Positions 38,620 to 47,262 of a DNA stretch of 64,000 bases are shown one piece after another; the stretch's first letter is position 1, and each line of letters opens with the position of its first letter. The position numbers and the translations under genes were made by a program. Below the pieces are notes generated by a model. The model made no database searches. It saw only the letters and a program-made list of their open reading frames with translations, and was not told the origin of the DNA. Source of the DNA: an uncultured delta proteobacterium (GTDB taxonomy: Bacteria > Desulfobacterota > Binatia > UBA9968); the NCBI GenBank assembly GCA_963737905.1, contig CAVTUQ010000008.1:128001-192000 (forward strand), written 5' to 3'.

Positions 38620-40467
38620 GTGAGTTTTAATCGGAAACTTCTCAAATATTTTATCCTGATTTTCCTCTTCCTTCTTACGGCTCTGACCTGGCAGAGCCAA
38701 GCCAGCGCCGGCCAACTCCAACTAGCTTGGACCGATAATTCCAATAATGAAGATGGTTTCAAAATCGAACGAAAGTTGGGCACAACGGGAACGTTTAGTC
38801 AGATTACCACCGTGGGAGTCAACGTCACTTCTTATATTGATGCAAATCTCACCGATGGAGCTACTTACTGTTATCGGCTGGCGGCTTTTAACTCAGCCGG
38901 CACTTCAGCCTACAGCGCTGAGGGATGCGCCACCGTAAAATCGACGCTATCAATAACCAAGATCGGCAGCGGAACGGTAACCAGCAGTCCAGCTGGTATC
39001 AATTGTGGCAGCGACTGCTCGGAGCCTTACCTTAGCAGCACGATAGTCACTTTGAGCGCCACTGGTGCAGCGGGTTTCGTGTTCGCCGGTTGGAGTGGCA
39101 ACTCCGATTGTACCGATGGTTTGGTCACTATGAATTCGAGTAAAACGTGCACCGCGACATTTAACGCTGCATCTCAAACGTTCGCACTTACTGTCAAACT
39201 AGTAAAAGCAATCACCGGCGCTGGGACCGGCAATGGCACTGTGACCAGCAATCCCGCAGGGATTAATTGTGGTAACGACTGCTCCGAGTCTTACACGGCC
39301 GACACCGCAGTCGTTCTGAATGCCGTCCCGGCAGCCGGCTCCACCTTTTCCGGCTGGAGCGGTAGTGGTTGCAGCACTGGTTCGGTGACCATGAACGGCA
39401 ATAGAACGTGTACGGCTACCTTCAACGCTGTAGCTGTGCAGACGTTTGGCCTTTCTGTAAAAAAAGCAGGGACCGGCACTGGGACTGTCGCCAGCAGTCC
39501 CGCCGGTATCAACTGCGGCAGCGACTGCTCGGAGTCTTACACGACCGGCACCGTAGTCGTTCTAAATGCCATCCCTGCGGCCGGCTCGGTCTTTTCTGGC
39601 TGGAGTGGCAGTGGTTGTAGCACCGGGTCGGTTAGTATGAGTGGGAGTAGATCCTGCACGGCGGTGTTCAACAGCCAAGCCATCCAGGTCGCCCGGGTCG
39701 GTATTTTTCGTCCCAGTATTAGTGGATGGTATCTGGATAACGGTAATGGTGCTTGGGACGGATGTGGAGTGGATGCCTGTTTCGCGTTCGGAACGTTAGG
39801 GGATGTGCCGGTGCCACGCGATTACGATGGGGATGGGACGGTAGACGCTGCGGTATATCGCGATGGCATGTGGTATGTTCTTCGATCATCAGATGGTGGG
39901 GTGACAGCGGTGGGGTGGGGCCTGGGCGAAGATAAGCCGGTGCCGGCAGACTATGATGGAGACGGAAAGGCAGATATCGCGGTATATCGCGATGGCATGT
40001 GGTACGTTCTCCGGTCAACCGACGGGGGTGTGACAGTGAGGGGTTGGGGCTTGGCCCAAGACGTACCGGTGCCGGCAGACTATGATGGAGACGGAAAGGC
40101 AGATATCGCGGTATATCGCGATGGCATGTGGTACGTTCTCCGGTCAACCGACGGGGGTGTGACAGTGAGGGGTTGGGGCTTGGCCCAAGACGTACCGGTG
40201 CCGGCAGACTATGATGGAGATGGGAAGGCCGACATTGCGGTGTACCGAGGTGGCTTATGGCTTATTCTTCGGTCATCGGATGGAGAGGCGACAGTGAGGG
40301 GATGGGGTGGAATGACGGAAGATATCCCGGTGCCGGCGGATTACGATGGAGATGGGAAGAAGGATATCGCAGTATATAGAGACGGAGGATGGTTCATATT
40401 GAGGTCCTCCGATGGTGTTCCGGTAGTGATAAATTGGGGAGCAGCAGGGGATGTACCGATCAACTGA
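38620..40467 (+). CDS. secreted FN3 + three Cys-rich InlB-B-like repeats + six-unit DxDGDG tail (first unit degenerate)
   Basis: GAGGAGG SD with GTG; ASA signal; LAWTDNS.NEDGF.IER...Y.YRL.AFN; three GINCG.DCSE.Y...F.GWSG..C units. Confidence 0.87.
   Translation: MSFNRKLLKYFILIFLFLLTALTWQSQASAGQLQLAWTDNSNNEDGFKIERKLGTTGTFSQITTVGVNVTSYIDANLTDGATYCYRLAAFNSAGTSAYSAEGCATVKSTLSITKIGSGTVTSSPAGINCGSDCSEPYLSSTIVTLSATGAAGFVFAGWSGNSDCTDGLVTMNSSKTCTATFNAASQTFALTVKLVKAITGAGTGNGTVTSNPAGINCGNDCSESYTADTAVVLNAVPAAGSTFSGWSGSGCSTGSVTMNGNRTCTATFNAVAVQTFGLSVKKAGTGTGTVASSPAGINCGSDCSESYTTGTVVVLNAIPAAGSVFSGWSGSGCSTGSVSMSGSRSCTAVFNSQAIQVARVGIFRPSISGWYLDNGNGAWDGCGVDACFAFGTLGDVPVPRDYDGDGTVDAAVYRDGMWYVLRSSDGGVTAVGWGLGEDKPVPADYDGDGKADIAVYRDGMWYVLRSTDGGVTVRGWGLAQDVPVPADYDGDGKADIAVYRDGMWYVLRSTDGGVTVRGWGLAQDVPVPADYDGDGKADIAVYRGGLWLILRSSDGEATVRGWGGMTEDIPVPADYDGDGKKDIAVYRDGGWFILRSSDGVPVVINWGAAGDVPIN
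39937..40220 (+). repeat. 129-bp tandem repeat (two full copies plus a partial)
   Basis: ccggtgccggcagactatgatggaga at 39937, 40066 and 40195. Confidence 0.95.
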
Positions 40468-40688
40468 TCCCTTAAAATATGAGTACCTTGGAGCCCTTGT
40501 TGCTCTAATTGGAACCGCTTGTAGGTGATTCGAATATCAGCATTGCTCTCTTTGCCTTCCGTGTCCCGACGCCGAGGTGACGGACCCGCCTTCGCTAAAC
40601 TAGCTGCGCCGCCGACTTTACTGACGCTGGGACGACCCGAATAAGAAAAGAGCCCTTCGCGCGAACTCGATTACACCGGCTCGCTTGT

Positions 40689-40718
40689 TTGACATCCAGA
40701 TCGCGGGCACGATACTTT
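40689..40718 (+). promoter_or_regulatory. possible sigma-70 promoter
   Basis: TTGACA at 40689 followed 16-18 nt later by GATACT/TACTTT. Confidence 0.35.
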
Positions 40719-40786
40719 AAAATCTTCGGCGGTTATAACATAAAGCTAGCAACCTGTTAGCTAGCTGTTATCACCGCCGCTATCCA

Positions 40787-42781
40787 ATGATTCCGACAAG
40801 GCCGCTGCTGTTTCTGTTCTTGAGCCATATTTTGGTCCCAATACCTTCAGCCATTGGGCAGACACTCAACGATCCTAAGCTTCACGTTCGAGAGTTAGTC
40901 TCCGGGCTAGTTGAGCCGACGGCGCTGGCTTTTATCGCTCCAGGGGACATCTTAGTACTGCAGAAAAGCGACGGTCGTGTGCGGCGTGTCATAAACGGAG
41001 TGCTTCAACCTGGTCAGGTCCTCGATGTGGCAGTTGACAGTCTGTCCGAGCGCGGACTTGTAGGAATAGCTCTCCATCCAGAATTTCCGGCAACCCCTTT
41101 TGTCTATCTCTACTATACCCAGAGCAGCACGGCAGGTGATACCTCAGGCTCTCCTTTGGCAAATCGCGTCTATCGTTATACATGGAATGGGAGCGCTTTG
41201 GTTAGTCCTAGTTTGATCTTGGATCTGCCGGCGATGCCTGGTCCAAACCATAATGGTGGCACCATGAATTTTGGTCCTGACGGCAAGCTTTATGTCGTGA
41301 TCGGTGAACTGAACCGTGACGGGCAGTTGCAAAACTTTTCCACCGGTCCGGCGCCGGACGACACGGGTGTGATCTTTCGGGTCAATGATGATGGCAGTAC
41401 TCCTAACGATAACCCTTTCTTCGCTCTCGGAGGAAATTTGGCAAGGTATTACGCCTATGGAATTCGCAACGGCTTTGGCCTCGCTTTCGATCCGCTCACT
41501 GGCGAACTGTGGGACACAGAGAACGGGCCAGACAATTACGATGAGATAAACCTCGTACTCCCCGGCTTCAATAGCGGATGGGAGCAAATCATGGGGCCGG
41601 ACTCACGAGATCCTCAAGGCGTTGGGAATCTGGTTCAATTCTCTGGATCGCACTACGCTGACCCGAAGTTTTCGTGGTTGGACACCGTAGGGCCCACAGC
41701 CTTAGTGTTTTTAGACTCTGCGCGATTGGGCGCTGAATACCAAAATGATCTCTTTGTAGGAGATATCAAAAATGGGAATCTATATCGGTTTAGGGTGAAT
41801 GCCGCGCGGGATGGGTTTGATTTTACAAGCCCGGGACTTTCAGATTTGGTGGCTGACAGCAATGTGGAGTTTCAAGAAGTTCTGCTGGGCACAGGATTCG
41901 GTGGCATCACAGATCTAAAACTTGGGCCTGATGGTTTACTTTATGTCTTGTCGTTCGGGCTAGGCAAAATCTTCGTAATCTCGGGTCAGCCAACCGCCGT
42001 TGACTTTGACGGAGACGGTGAGAGTGACATTGGAGTGTATCGGAACGGAGGCTGGTTCATTCTTCGGTCTTCGGACGGTGGAGCGACAATAAGGGGATGG
42101 GGAGGGTTGGTTCAGGATCTCTCGATGCCAGCGGACTATGACGGGGACGGAAAGGCGGACATCGCGGTGTACCGAGGCGGGTTGTGGTTGATTCTTCGTT
42201 CGTCGGATGGAGGGGTGACGGTGACGGGCTGGGGGGGAGGACAGGACGTGGCTGTGCCGGCGGACTATGACGGGGACGGAAAGGCGGACATCGCGGTGTA
42301 CCGAGGCGGGTTGTGGTTGATTCTTCGTTCGTCGGATGGAGGGGTGACGGTGACGGGCTGGGGGGGAGGACAGGACGTGGCTGTGCCGGCGGACTATGAC
42401 GGGGACGGAAAGGCGGACATCGCGGTGTACCGAGGCGGGTTGTGGTTGATTCTTCGTTCGTCGGATGGAGGGGTGACGGTGACGGGCTGGGGGGGAGGAC
42501 AGGACGTGGTTGTGCCGGCGGACTATGACGGGGACGGAAAGGCGGACATCGCGGTGTACCGAGGCGGGTTGTGGTTGATTCTTCGTTCGTCGGATGGAGG
42601 GGTGACGGTGACGGGCTGGGGGGGAGGACAGGACGTGGTTGTGCCGGCGGACTATGACGGGGACGGAAAGGCGGACATCGCGGTGTACCGAGGCGGGTTG
42701 TGGTTGATTCTTCGTTCGTCGGATGGAGGGGTGACGGTGACGGGCTGGGGAGGATTGCCCGCGGATATTCCCCTTAGCTAG
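40787..42781 (+). CDS. secreted PQQ-dependent sugar dehydrogenase (GSDH/YliI-like) with six C-terminal DxDGDG repeats
   Basis: ERGLVGIALHP.F, NHNGG..FGPDGKLY, YAYGIRN.FG, ENGP..YDEIN..PG.N.GW. Confidence 0.88.
   Translation: MIPTRPLLFLFLSHILVPIPSAIGQTLNDPKLHVRELVSGLVEPTALAFIAPGDILVLQKSDGRVRRVINGVLQPGQVLDVAVDSLSERGLVGIALHPEFPATPFVYLYYTQSSTAGDTSGSPLANRVYRYTWNGSALVSPSLILDLPAMPGPNHNGGTMNFGPDGKLYVVIGELNRDGQLQNFSTGPAPDDTGVIFRVNDDGSTPNDNPFFALGGNLARYYAYGIRNGFGLAFDPLTGELWDTENGPDNYDEINLVLPGFNSGWEQIMGPDSRDPQGVGNLVQFSGSHYADPKFSWLDTVGPTALVFLDSARLGAEYQNDLFVGDIKNGNLYRFRVNAARDGFDFTSPGLSDLVADSNVEFQEVLLGTGFGGITDLKLGPDGLLYVLSFGLGKIFVISGQPTAVDFDGDGESDIGVYRNGGWFILRSSDGGATIRGWGGLVQDLSMPADYDGDGKADIAVYRGGLWLILRSSDGGVTVTGWGGGQDVAVPADYDGDGKADIAVYRGGLWLILRSSDGGVTVTGWGGGQDVAVPADYDGDGKADIAVYRGGLWLILRSSDGGVTVTGWGGGQDVVVPADYDGDGKADIAVYRGGLWLILRSSDGGVTVTGWGGGQDVVVPADYDGDGKADIAVYRGGLWLILRSSDGGVTVTGWGGLPADIPLS
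42131..42752 (+). repeat. almost five near-identical 129-bp tandem units
   Basis: gcggactatgacggggacggaaag at 42131, 42260, 42389, 42518 and 42647; units differ only at gct/gtt. Confidence 0.95.
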
Positions 42782-42817
42782 ATAGCGAGATCAAGACGTC
42801 TGGAAAACTGGAAAGCG

Positions 42818-45800
42818 GTGAAACAATTATTAAGTGAGATGCTCGTTTTGAATACTGGATGGAAGAAAATTTCCTTCCTGAAGGTTGGAGAAATCTGGCG
42901 TCAGAAAGCCTATCATTCAATTCCTCTCAGTGGTTTAATCCCCGTCTCTCAAACCACAACCAAACTAACACCCGAGGAAAGTATCCGATGGACGCCCGAT
43001 GGTCAAATCGGAGCGAGGTCGAAGAATGCTCTGTACATGCATCCAAGTTGTTCGATTTCTTATCGCCTTTATATCCCAGCGAGAGCGAAGTTCTCATCTG
43101 ATATCGCTCTAACCTCTGATGTTTTGGAAAAGAATCGACACGGTGTTGTTTTTCGAGTGGAGGTATTGGACGGCGACGCTAAAGTTAAAATCAAGCGGAC
43201 GAAGCTGATCCATCCAAAAAGTTTCCATCGACATGGAAAATGGAATAAATTCAAGTTGGGATTACATCGCCTGGCCAACCGAGAGGTTCAGATTGTTCTC
43301 TCTATCTCTATTGTTGATCATAAGAATCCATCTCAAGCGTTGGCAATCTGGGGAGATCCAACGGTTTTGTTTCGTGCGTCCTTCGCCAATCTCATCGACC
43401 TTGCGAGGAACAAGTTAAGGGCCCACGGATTCGTCGGAACTATCAAAAAGATTATTTTTGGCGTTCCAGCCGGAGCTTCTCTCTCCGAGGGAAGCTCCGA
43501 GTTAGGAACAACGTTTTCAGAGACCATTTTTGAGAAGACTCGCCGAGATCGTTATCTGACGGAACTTTTTGCTCGATCCTCTGGGCCGCGCTCCGACTAT
43601 TTCCCGATCAGGAAGGAAGATGTTGAAGTCACGGAACCGCAAGTCAAATTGATCGCATTTTATCTCCCGCAATTTCATCCCATTCCTGAAAATGATGAAT
43701 GGTGGGGAAAGGGGTTCACAGAATGGACCCACGTCGCAAGGGCGGTTCCGCAGTTTCTGGGGCACTACCAGCCGCGGTTACCGGACGAGCTCGGTTTCTA
43801 CGATCTTCGCCTTATAGACGTTCAGAGGCGCCAGGTAGAGCTTGCCAGAAAATACGGTATTTTTGGTTTCTGTTTTCATTACTACTGGTTTGGTGGAAAG
43901 CGTCTTCTTGACCTGCCTCTAAAGCAGTTCCTTGATAATCCCGATATTGATTTTCCGTTTTGCCTCTGCTGGGCAAACGAGAACTGGACCAGGAGATGGG
44001 ATGGATTGGACAACGAGGTGCTCATCGCTCAAGCTCACTCCCCGCAAGATGACCTCGCATTCATTGAGAGTGTGGAGCCCATGCTTGGCGATAAGCGATA
44101 TATCACGGTCAACGGTCGACCGTTGTTGATCGTATACCGACCGTCTTTACTTCCCAATCCACGGCAGACCGTTCAAAGATGGCGTGACTACGCGGCGAAA
44201 AGTAAGTTCGGCGGTCTATATCTCGTTGCAGTACAGGCCTTTGAAACTGTCGATCCGAGACCACTTGGCTTTGATGCGGCGGTAGAGTTTCCGCCGCACA
44301 AGTTAGCAGAGGGCGCGCCTGTGCTGAATAAGCAGATGGAGGTCGTTAACTCCGGGTACCAAGGGGTGATTTCTGACTACTCGTATATGGTTGAGTCAGC
44401 GAAGAAGATTCATCGCTCGGACTTTACCTTGTTCAGAGGGGTTTGTCCTTCATGGGACAACGACGCAAGGAAGCCTGGAAGGGGTATAACCTACCAGAAT
44501 TCAACCCCGGCACTCTACCAGGAATGGCTTGCTGAGGCCTGTAGGTATACCGCTAGGGAACCCGATCCAGATAAACGGATGGTATTCATCAATGCTTGGA
44601 ATGAATGGAGTGAAGGCGCTTACCTGGAGCCGGACAGGAGATACGGATACGCTTATCTTCAGGCGACCGCGAATGCTTTAGAGAGATTCGCCAACTCTCA
44701 AGTTCAAAGAGGCCTACACGTTATCTTTGTGTCTCATGACGCAGCCAATGCAGGAGCCCAGCGCTTGTTGATTACCCTGATCGAGTGGCTCCGTGACAAC
44801 AAAGGTATACAACCCAAGATTATTTTAAGGCAGGGTGGGCCTTTGGTTGCGGAGTTCTACAGACTTGGCCCGGTCTTGGAAATGGATACGATTTCGTTTA
44901 ACACCAAACGAACTAAGGAAAAACTAGTTCGCTTTTGCGGTCAGTCAAACTCTCTAATTTATGTCAATACGCTTGTACCCGGTGATGTAGCCGAGCAGCT
45001 TGCCAGCTTGGACATTCCGATCATCACCCACGTGCATGAATTGGAAAACGCGATAAAGCGGTGGTGCGTCAAAGAACATCTCGAGGCGCTGGTTAGGCTA
45101 ACCGATCACTTTATCGCAGCTTCACCGCCAGTAGCAAGAAATTTAGAGAATGCTCATGATGTAGACCCCGCGAGAATAACGACGATCTATGAGTACATCG
45201 CGTGCCAAATGCAAAGTGCGGCTCGCCTCGACAGGGCTGCCATAAGAAAACAAAAAGGACTGCCCAAATCGGGATTTATCATCTTTGGGTGCGGTACTAC
45301 GGATTGGAGAAAGGCGCCTGACTTATTCATTGAAGTGGCCGATCAGGCCAAAAAGTTAGGCCTAGAAGACGCTTATTTTCTTTGGATCGGAGTCGATACT
45401 GGGGAAGTTCAAGAACTCGAAGGAAGAGTTCGCAGACTGGGTCTCGAAAATCGTGTGCGTTTTCTCGGAGAAGCTTCGGATGCTCGGAGCTATTTTGCGG
45501 CGGGGGACTTGTTTCTCTTGACCTCTCGAGAAGATCCTTTTCCGCTCGTTTGCTTGGAAGCAGCCGATTGCGGATTGCCCATTATCTGTTTCGATAAGGC
45601 TGGAGGTATGCCGGACTTTGTTCAGGACGACGCAGGATACGTTGTCCCATTCGAAGATACAAAGGCGATGGCAGAAAAACTCATGGTCCTCTGTTTTAAT
45701 CGGGAAGAAAGAGTCCGGCGGGGAGCGGTTGCTTGCGAGAGGGTCCGAGCTCGTCATGATATATGGATCGCGGGCGAAGAGATTTTTCGCATTATTGACA

Positions 45801-45835
45801 AATTTGCTGTCAAGCGAGGTCAGGAAAATGTTTAG
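42818..45835 (+). CDS. WbsX/GH99-like domain fused to a GT4 glycosyltransferase, with N-terminal beta-rich domain (start uncertain)
   Basis: IAFYLPQFHPIPENDEWWGKGFTEW, WANENW, FINAWNEWSEG.YLEPD; SHDA..GA, RKAPDLF, SREDPFPLV.LEA. Confidence 0.88.
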   Translation: MKQLLSEMLVLNTGWKKISFLKVGEIWRQKAYHSIPLSGLIPVSQTTTKLTPEESIRWTPDGQIGARSKNALYMHPSCSISYRLYIPARAKFSSDIALTSDVLEKNRHGVVFRVEVLDGDAKVKIKRTKLIHPKSFHRHGKWNKFKLGLHRLANREVQIVLSISIVDHKNPSQALAIWGDPTVLFRASFANLIDLARNKLRAHGFVGTIKKIIFGVPAGASLSEGSSELGTTFSETIFEKTRRDRYLTELFARSSGPRSDYFPIRKEDVEVTEPQVKLIAFYLPQFHPIPENDEWWGKGFTEWTHVARAVPQFLGHYQPRLPDELGFYDLRLIDVQRRQVELARKYGIFGFCFHYYWFGGKRLLDLPLKQFLDNPDIDFPFCLCWANENWTRRWDGLDNEVLIAQAHSPQDDLAFIESVEPMLGDKRYITVNGRPLLIVYRPSLLPNPRQTVQRWRDYAAKSKFGGLYLVAVQAFETVDPRPLGFDAAVEFPPHKLAEGAPVLNKQMEVVNSGYQGVISDYSYMVESAKKIHRSDFTLFRGVCPSWDNDARKPGRGITYQNSTPALYQEWLAEACRYTAREPDPDKRMVFINAWNEWSEGAYLEPDRRYGYAYLQATANALERFANSQVQRGLHVIFVSHDAANAGAQRLLITLIEWLRDNKGIQPKIILRQGGPLVAEFYRLGPVLEMDTISFNTKRTKEKLVRFCGQSNSLIYVNTLVPGDVAEQLASLDIPIITHVHELENAIKRWCVKEHLEALVRLTDHFIAASPPVARNLENAHDVDPARITTIYEYIACQMQSAARLDRAAIRKQKGLPKSGFIIFGCGTTDWRKAPDLFIEVADQAKKLGLEDAYFLWIGVDTGEVQELEGRVRRLGLENRVRFLGEASDARSYFAAGDLFLLTSREDPFPLVCLEAADCGLPIICFDKAGGMPDFVQDDAGYVVPFEDTKAMAEKLMVLCFNREERVRRGAVACERVRARHDIWIAGEEIFRIIDKFAVKRGQENV

Positions 45836-46706
45836 CCGAGCAGATTTCATGCCACAGCGGCTCGGCATGACACCGAGTCCTAAGGTCTCAGTGGTTGTCC
45901 CGAACTACAATCACGCGCTTTATCTTCAGCAGCGATTGGATTCTATCATCAACCAGGAGTTTCAGGATTTTGAAATGATCGTTTTGGATGATGCTTCAAC
46001 GGACAACAGCAGGGAAATCATCCAATCCTATTCGCGCTATCCGGCGTTTCGATTTTTGTTTAAACGAAACCCGCAGCGGATCCGCGTTCAAGCAATGGCA
46101 GAAGGGTTTGGCAAGTGCCCGGGGAGAATATATATGGTTTGCCGAGTCCGATGACTGCTCTTCTCCCTATTTCTTAAGTCAGTTGTTACCCATACTTGAA
46201 AGCGATAAGTCTCTCGGGCTGGTCTATTGTCAGTCCTATCTAGTTGACCCGAGCAGTAGAGTCTTTGGAGATGCTGTGCAGTGGACGGATGATCTAGATC
46301 GCTTTCGTTGGCGGAGTAATTTTAAAAATAGCGGACGGGCGGAGGTCCTCGATTACTTATCGAAAAAGAACACCATTCCGAATGCTAGCGCGGTTCTGAT
46401 TCGAACCCGCGTGCTAAAATCGATCGATCGAATGGACGATGGTTATAAATTATGCGGCGACTGGCTTATGTGGATCAAGATACTGCTGCAATCCAATATC
46501 GGGTATGTGGCGAAGAAGCTAAATTACTGGAGGCAGTACTCATCGAATGCTCGGACTCAGGCGCCGGTGTTATGGAATCGAACGAGGGACCACGAATCAT
46601 AAACTATTTGGCTACAGAGCTGGGATTATCCGAATCGAAAAGAGATCAGATGCTAGCGGATTTCGTCACGCGCTGTTCTGAATGGATGAGGGAGGCGCAG
46701 TGTTGA
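45828..46706 (+). pseudogene. GT2 glycosyltransferase with two frameshifts (near 46062 and 46562)
   Basis: VSVVVPNYNH..LDDASTD in one frame, SGSAFKQWQKG..GEYIWFAESDD in a second, C-terminus back in the first frame. Confidence 0.8.
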
Positions 46707-46725
46707 AATCCTGCGTCCGATTTGC

Positions 46726-47131
46726 CTATTCCTGGTAAAAGCTATCTCCTCGGCTCATTCCCTGTCCCAGCCCCGGGAGATGGAGGGCGCGCTTGAGGCG
46801 GAACCAGTGGCGGCGCAGTTTCCAAAACTTGCTGCTTTCCATGCCAGCGATGCGGCAGCGGGCCAGGTCAAGGTCGGACCGTGCCTGTGAGAGGTCATCC
46901 CGGACCGGCCGAAGGTCTGCCTCGACTTTTTGGAGGTGGTTCACTGTTCCAAGAGCGAAGTCTGACAGTTGGAAGAAAGCTCGGTCAACACGAGGACGGT
47001 CGTTTTGCCAGCGCGATCGAAGATGAGCCCAACCAGCAGCCCAGATCAACAATGGCACCCTGACCCGCATACTCCTTGAACGCAAAAGTGCGGAGGTATT
47101 CCCTTTCCCGATCGGTCAGCATGCTATACAT
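46726..47131 (-). pseudogene. internally deleted methyltransferase remnant with MESSKFWKLRR tail
   Basis: 47131-46985 reads MYSMLTDREREYL..GAIVDLGCWLGSSSIALA; the coiled coil and tail follow in another frame. Confidence 0.75.
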
Positions 47132-47262
47132 GGATTATTTCTGGTCGTTCAGCAACCGTGGGTACACGGCGTCACTTACGAAAGTCAGACAAGAATATAA
47201 AATATCACCGTAGATCACCGGCCGCTAGCTCAAACGCCGGCGACCATCACGATCCGAGTGGC

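Noticed and set aside
34951-42781. CRISPR-like arrays in the regular repeats (also 58607-58948 and 61190-62072)
   Set aside because: Periods are multiples of three, in frame, without unique spacers; no cas genes.
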